This document shows positions 60,330 to 64,000 of a DNA stretch of 64,000 nucleotides, one piece after another. Each line of letters begins with the position of its first letter. Within the stretch, counting starts at the first letter, position 1. Under the pieces are notes generated by a model that was not told the DNA's origin, searched no databases, and saw nothing but the letters and a program-made list of their open reading frames with translations. Origin of the DNA: Paraspadella gotoi (Eukaryota; Animalia; Chaetognatha); NCBI GenBank assembly GCA_051294375.1, contig CM119263.1:24656688-24720687 (forward strand). Reading direction: 5' to 3'. Position numbers and translations under genes: made by a program.

Positions 60330-62469
60330 TTAGGAAGAGAAGAGAAACAGAGTTTTGAAGTCGAATCCTAGGAGAGCGAAACTCCGTCCGTCCGCGTCGC
60401 AAAACTTGGCGCCCGTCAAGGGAACGTCGCTCATCTTGTGGCAGAAGACGTGCTCGATCTGGGAAAAGGAGAAGGTAAGGAAAGGGGGGGGGAGGTGGGG
60501 GGAATCGGGGAGGGAAAAAAAGGGAGGAGACGGGAAGATGGATGAGGAAACGCGGGAAATATCAAGAAGTGGAGGAAGAAATGGCAGAAGAAAAAAAATA
60601 TGATGGATGAAGTTTAGTTAAGTAGGAGATAAGAAGATTTGGAATCAGACATGGGTTTTTTTTTTTTTGGTGTGGGAGGGGAGGGAAGGAGGAAGGGAAA
60701 AAAAAATTGTTTTTACTTTCATAGATTATTAATGACAAGTTTATTTTGAGGCAACGCTAAAATTTTGAATTGAGAGCGCCGAGAGCAGACTCCTTAAAAT
60801 CTTTTCAGGGGAAAAAAAAATTTAAAAGGTTAGACGCGCCAAGCGATTTGAGATGCGCAACAGATGGCGCGAGAAGATGGAACTCGAGTGTTTTGACGTC
60901 GACGTGGCGTCAGGAGCTTCTTTGTGATTTACGACGCATTATGTAAAATTGAAAGAGAGGCTCGTGTGAGCGAAAAACTTAGCCTCGCTCGGGTATTATG
61001 GGAAAAGGAAGCTCCGCTATATATAATTTATCGTTTCTTTTGATTATTGATTAATATTTAATAGTTAAAAGATTTTAAGGCTTTCAGATTTTAAAATTAG
61101 CTGAATTATATGCGTTTGGTTTGTTGCTTGTAAACGATTAAGAGCAACGGTGAAAAATAAAAACTCCAAAAAAAAAATCTCTGTACGATTCTGAGAAAGA
61201 AAAACGCAAGACAAACAAAAGGCAAAAAGAAAGAAGTAAGTCTGACCGGTGGAGACGAAGATGGATTGAGCTGCCAAATGCGTACAAAGGAATCTTCGCT
61301 GGCAGAGAGGAGCTGAAAAAAAAAAAGAGAGTTCGAGTTAGAGAGAAGAAAAGAGAGAGAGAATGGAGGAGCGATAGAAAGAGAGAAAATCGTTTTTTTC
61401 CCTCTGCGAATTTAATTTCTTTTTTTTTTATTTTCTGTCTCGTAGTAGATTTAGTAGTCGATTCCTCCTACTAGCTAGTCCTTACTCTCGTTATCAGTCA
61501 ATTTGATTCTTAGTATTCTTGTCATTAAAGCCATCATTATTATCATCATCCTTAAAAGTCCCATTCGTCAAAATTCGACTCAAATCCCGAATCATCCACG
61601 TCATTTCGATCGTCATCGACCCGAGTGAAGTGTCGACGTTTCCGTCAACTCTTCTCCCCAAAATTTTTTAAGTATTCCGCGCGCGACGTCTTTTTGGAGC
61701 CGAGCGGTAATCTTTCAGATGCGTCCGGGTGGGTAGAGTGACCTTTGCAGACCCCGACGACCGAGACGCGCCTGTTCTATGTACTACCCACCCCCCCTTT
61801 TTCCGGGTTTCCTTTCGAAAGTTTTTATTGAAAGTGAAACCGAGGATGGTTCTTTTATCTTTTATACAATTAATTAATTATTTAATTAATATTAATATTA
61901 CCTATTGCTTGTCTTTCTAATCTTTGATTGTATCATTTTATGTCGTTCATTGGAAGCCTTTCTTTCTTAATTAGCTTCTTAATTTTTGTTCTACCGTGAC
62001 CTTCGCCTTCTGCCAATCATCCAAGCTTTGCCATTTGTTCCAAAGTGGTATTTCAGGCACATTGTTGCCCTCAATTCAGCGATCGCTGGAGTCGTTGACT
62101 ACGCCAAACAAATTAAAGTCATATCTTTGGAACTCGTGAGCTACTATTAATTTACGAATCCTTCAGGGCCCATCACCCATCACTTTTTTTTAAAATGACG
62201 CCGTGAGATATTATAAAAAACCGCACCGTTACACCCTTACACCCTTGTATTATTTCTTATTTAAACCACACATCCCGCGCACTTCCCCTTCCGCCCCTAC
62301 TTCTACCTTCACGACAGGCCCATAAACCCAACACCCATCCGTCTTCCGCTCACCATGCCCGCTTTGTGAGCGACGTCGAGAGCGTTGATCCACCGCGCGT
62401 GCGCCGTCACCTCGCAGCTGAGGCGCAGCGAGGGCAACTTGTAGATCCGGATGTGGCCTGTCCCGTGAG
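60330..62469 (-). CDS. WDR54: WD repeat protein 54, last three coding exons (5' part not found in window)
   Basis: Exons 62469-62354 (HGTGHIRIY...EVTAHARWINALDVA), 61312-61247 (LLSASEDSFVRIWQL), 60458-60330 (IEHVFC...LTGAKFCDADGRSFALLGFD...SS*) match the WDR54 C-terminal pattern AHAR..ALD..LLSAGEDTFVHIW..GARFCD..G.SFAVTGYD as recalled. Confidence 0.88.
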
Positions 62470-64000
62470 CTGGGGAAAGGGTGGAAGATGGGGAGGTTAC
62501 GGATAAGTGCGGGGTCGGAGATATAAGAGTGGTCGCGCGTGGAAAGAGCAACGGGGAGAGACCCTTGCGTTGTTCTAGACTAAAATATATTTTCTAGTGC
62601 TTGTATCAAATTAAATTTTCTTATGCAAAAAAGTATTCGCGATTATAATGTCGTGAGTTTAATATCAACTCGCCCTCGTGGTCACATCAAAAAGCGATAA
62701 AGACATCGGAAATAAAAAAGGGGCGAAAAAAATAAGAAAAAATGTCGTCGAGGGGCCAAACACCGAAACGCCATAAATCTTTGGCCTGAAAAGCGTTTGT
62801 TGAAATAAATACGAAAAAAAATCCGACAACAAAACAAGGAATAAAAGCAAAAAAAAAAAAAAAAAAAAATAAAGTAGGACAAAAAATTCTTTCCCCTGAA
62901 ACCCAAGCTTTGTTCCGTTTTAGTTGAAACCACTTTCGTCGTCATCCCTTCTTACGGTCCATGGCTCTGTGTCCCTTCTTTAGCCTTATTTGTCACCCTC
63001 TCCATGTCTCCCTGGCTCTCACTCGGCTAACTTTCCTTGGCCCTTTTTTTCCTTGGCTCCTTTTTCTTGGGCTCCCTTTCCCACTCCCTTTTTCGGCTCT
63101 CATTCCTTGGCCCTCAACCCCGTTCAAATCGAACCGATTTTCGTTCCGCCCTCTATCCTTTCCCCTACATCCGGCACGACCTCGATAACCCTTATAGAAA
63201 TTCGATTTCATCTTTTCTGTTGTCCCTAGCATATCGTTCCCGTGCCGCCAAGTCAATTTCGGGCCCTGTCACTTGTCCTCAGCACCTTTTTTTTTTACAT
63301 CTTATTTTTAAAAAAATAATTTTGATTCTTGTCCAAAGATATTGTTATTTTACAAACTATTTATGTAGGTAAATCCTTTTAGAAATCGTCCCTAAACAAA
63401 GAATACGATTTTTTTTTAAATTCAAAGTCTGCGTGTCCCAAGATCACCCTTAACACCTTTAGGTTTACCCATCATCGCTTTTCCTATCTTGACCCACTCA
63501 TCCATCCCGTATTTCTTTTCCCTCTTAACGCTAGGGGTAGCCGCACTCAATGGGGTGAGTCAAAAATTTAGAGTGAGTACATGCTCAAACGAATATTTAG
63601 ACATTTTTAAGAGTACTTTCAATGGACAAAAAATTTCTAATATGGCTCTATACCCTAGTAATTAATTTTTTAATATTTATTTATAGATAGGAAAGGCCAA
63701 AAATTTTTTTTGAATTTTTAAATTTTAAGACCAGATTCAGATAGCTCATAAAAAGTTGTCTACACAAAGTATGATTCTTTTTTAAATATTTTTATGATAA
63801 GTGTGTCAAAAATAAGAAAAACTATAAAAAATCATCATCATCATCATCTTTCGATGATTTTATCAGTTTTTTATATTTTCACTTAGAAAACGTAAGAATT
63901 TTTAAAAGCTGTAATTATATTTCTTGTTTAACTTTTTATGCTCTATCAGAATCCATCAAAAAATTTTAAGATTTTAAAAAAATATTTTTTGCTCTATATA

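Noticed and set aside
1-64000. tRNA, rRNA, spliceosomal snRNA or spliced-leader RNA genes
   Set aside because: No diagnostic motifs recognised by eye; a covariance-model search would be needed to exclude divergent ones.

Overview
AT-rich, intron-dense eukaryotic (metazoan-type) genomic DNA with canonical GT-AG introns, many only 60-90 nt long. Hand-spliced gene content: (1) NPC1 sterol transporter, + strand, ~358-20434, about 27 exons; (2) BTF3/NAC-beta, + strand, 21610-24334, with an unusual acidic C-terminal extension; (3) a ~2,095-aa Roco protein on the - strand, 47039-24892 (giant LRR exon, Roc GTPase with a degenerate G3 box, COR with a large disordered insert, MFHAS1-like Cys motif, then a TIR-like tail); (4) a putative 10-exon orphan gene nested antisense in a Roco intron (34109-38730); (5) a ~1,870-aa PEVK-like/charged protein with 15 tandem 28-aa repeats (52445-59066); (6) the 3' end of WDR54 on the - strand. 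Introns are full of non-autonomous elements: two Helentron/DINE-1-like families, a TA-flanked foldback element, a telomere-repeat-bearing MITE, a decayed LINE RT and minisatellites. The most striking hidden signal is a family of short non-coding Penelope-like elements carrying minimal hammerhead ribozymes: six intact-looking cores at five loci, covarying stem II, several as inverted pairs with a ~30-nt tail and 12-14 bp target-site duplications. All gene models were made by eye and are unverified by transcript data.
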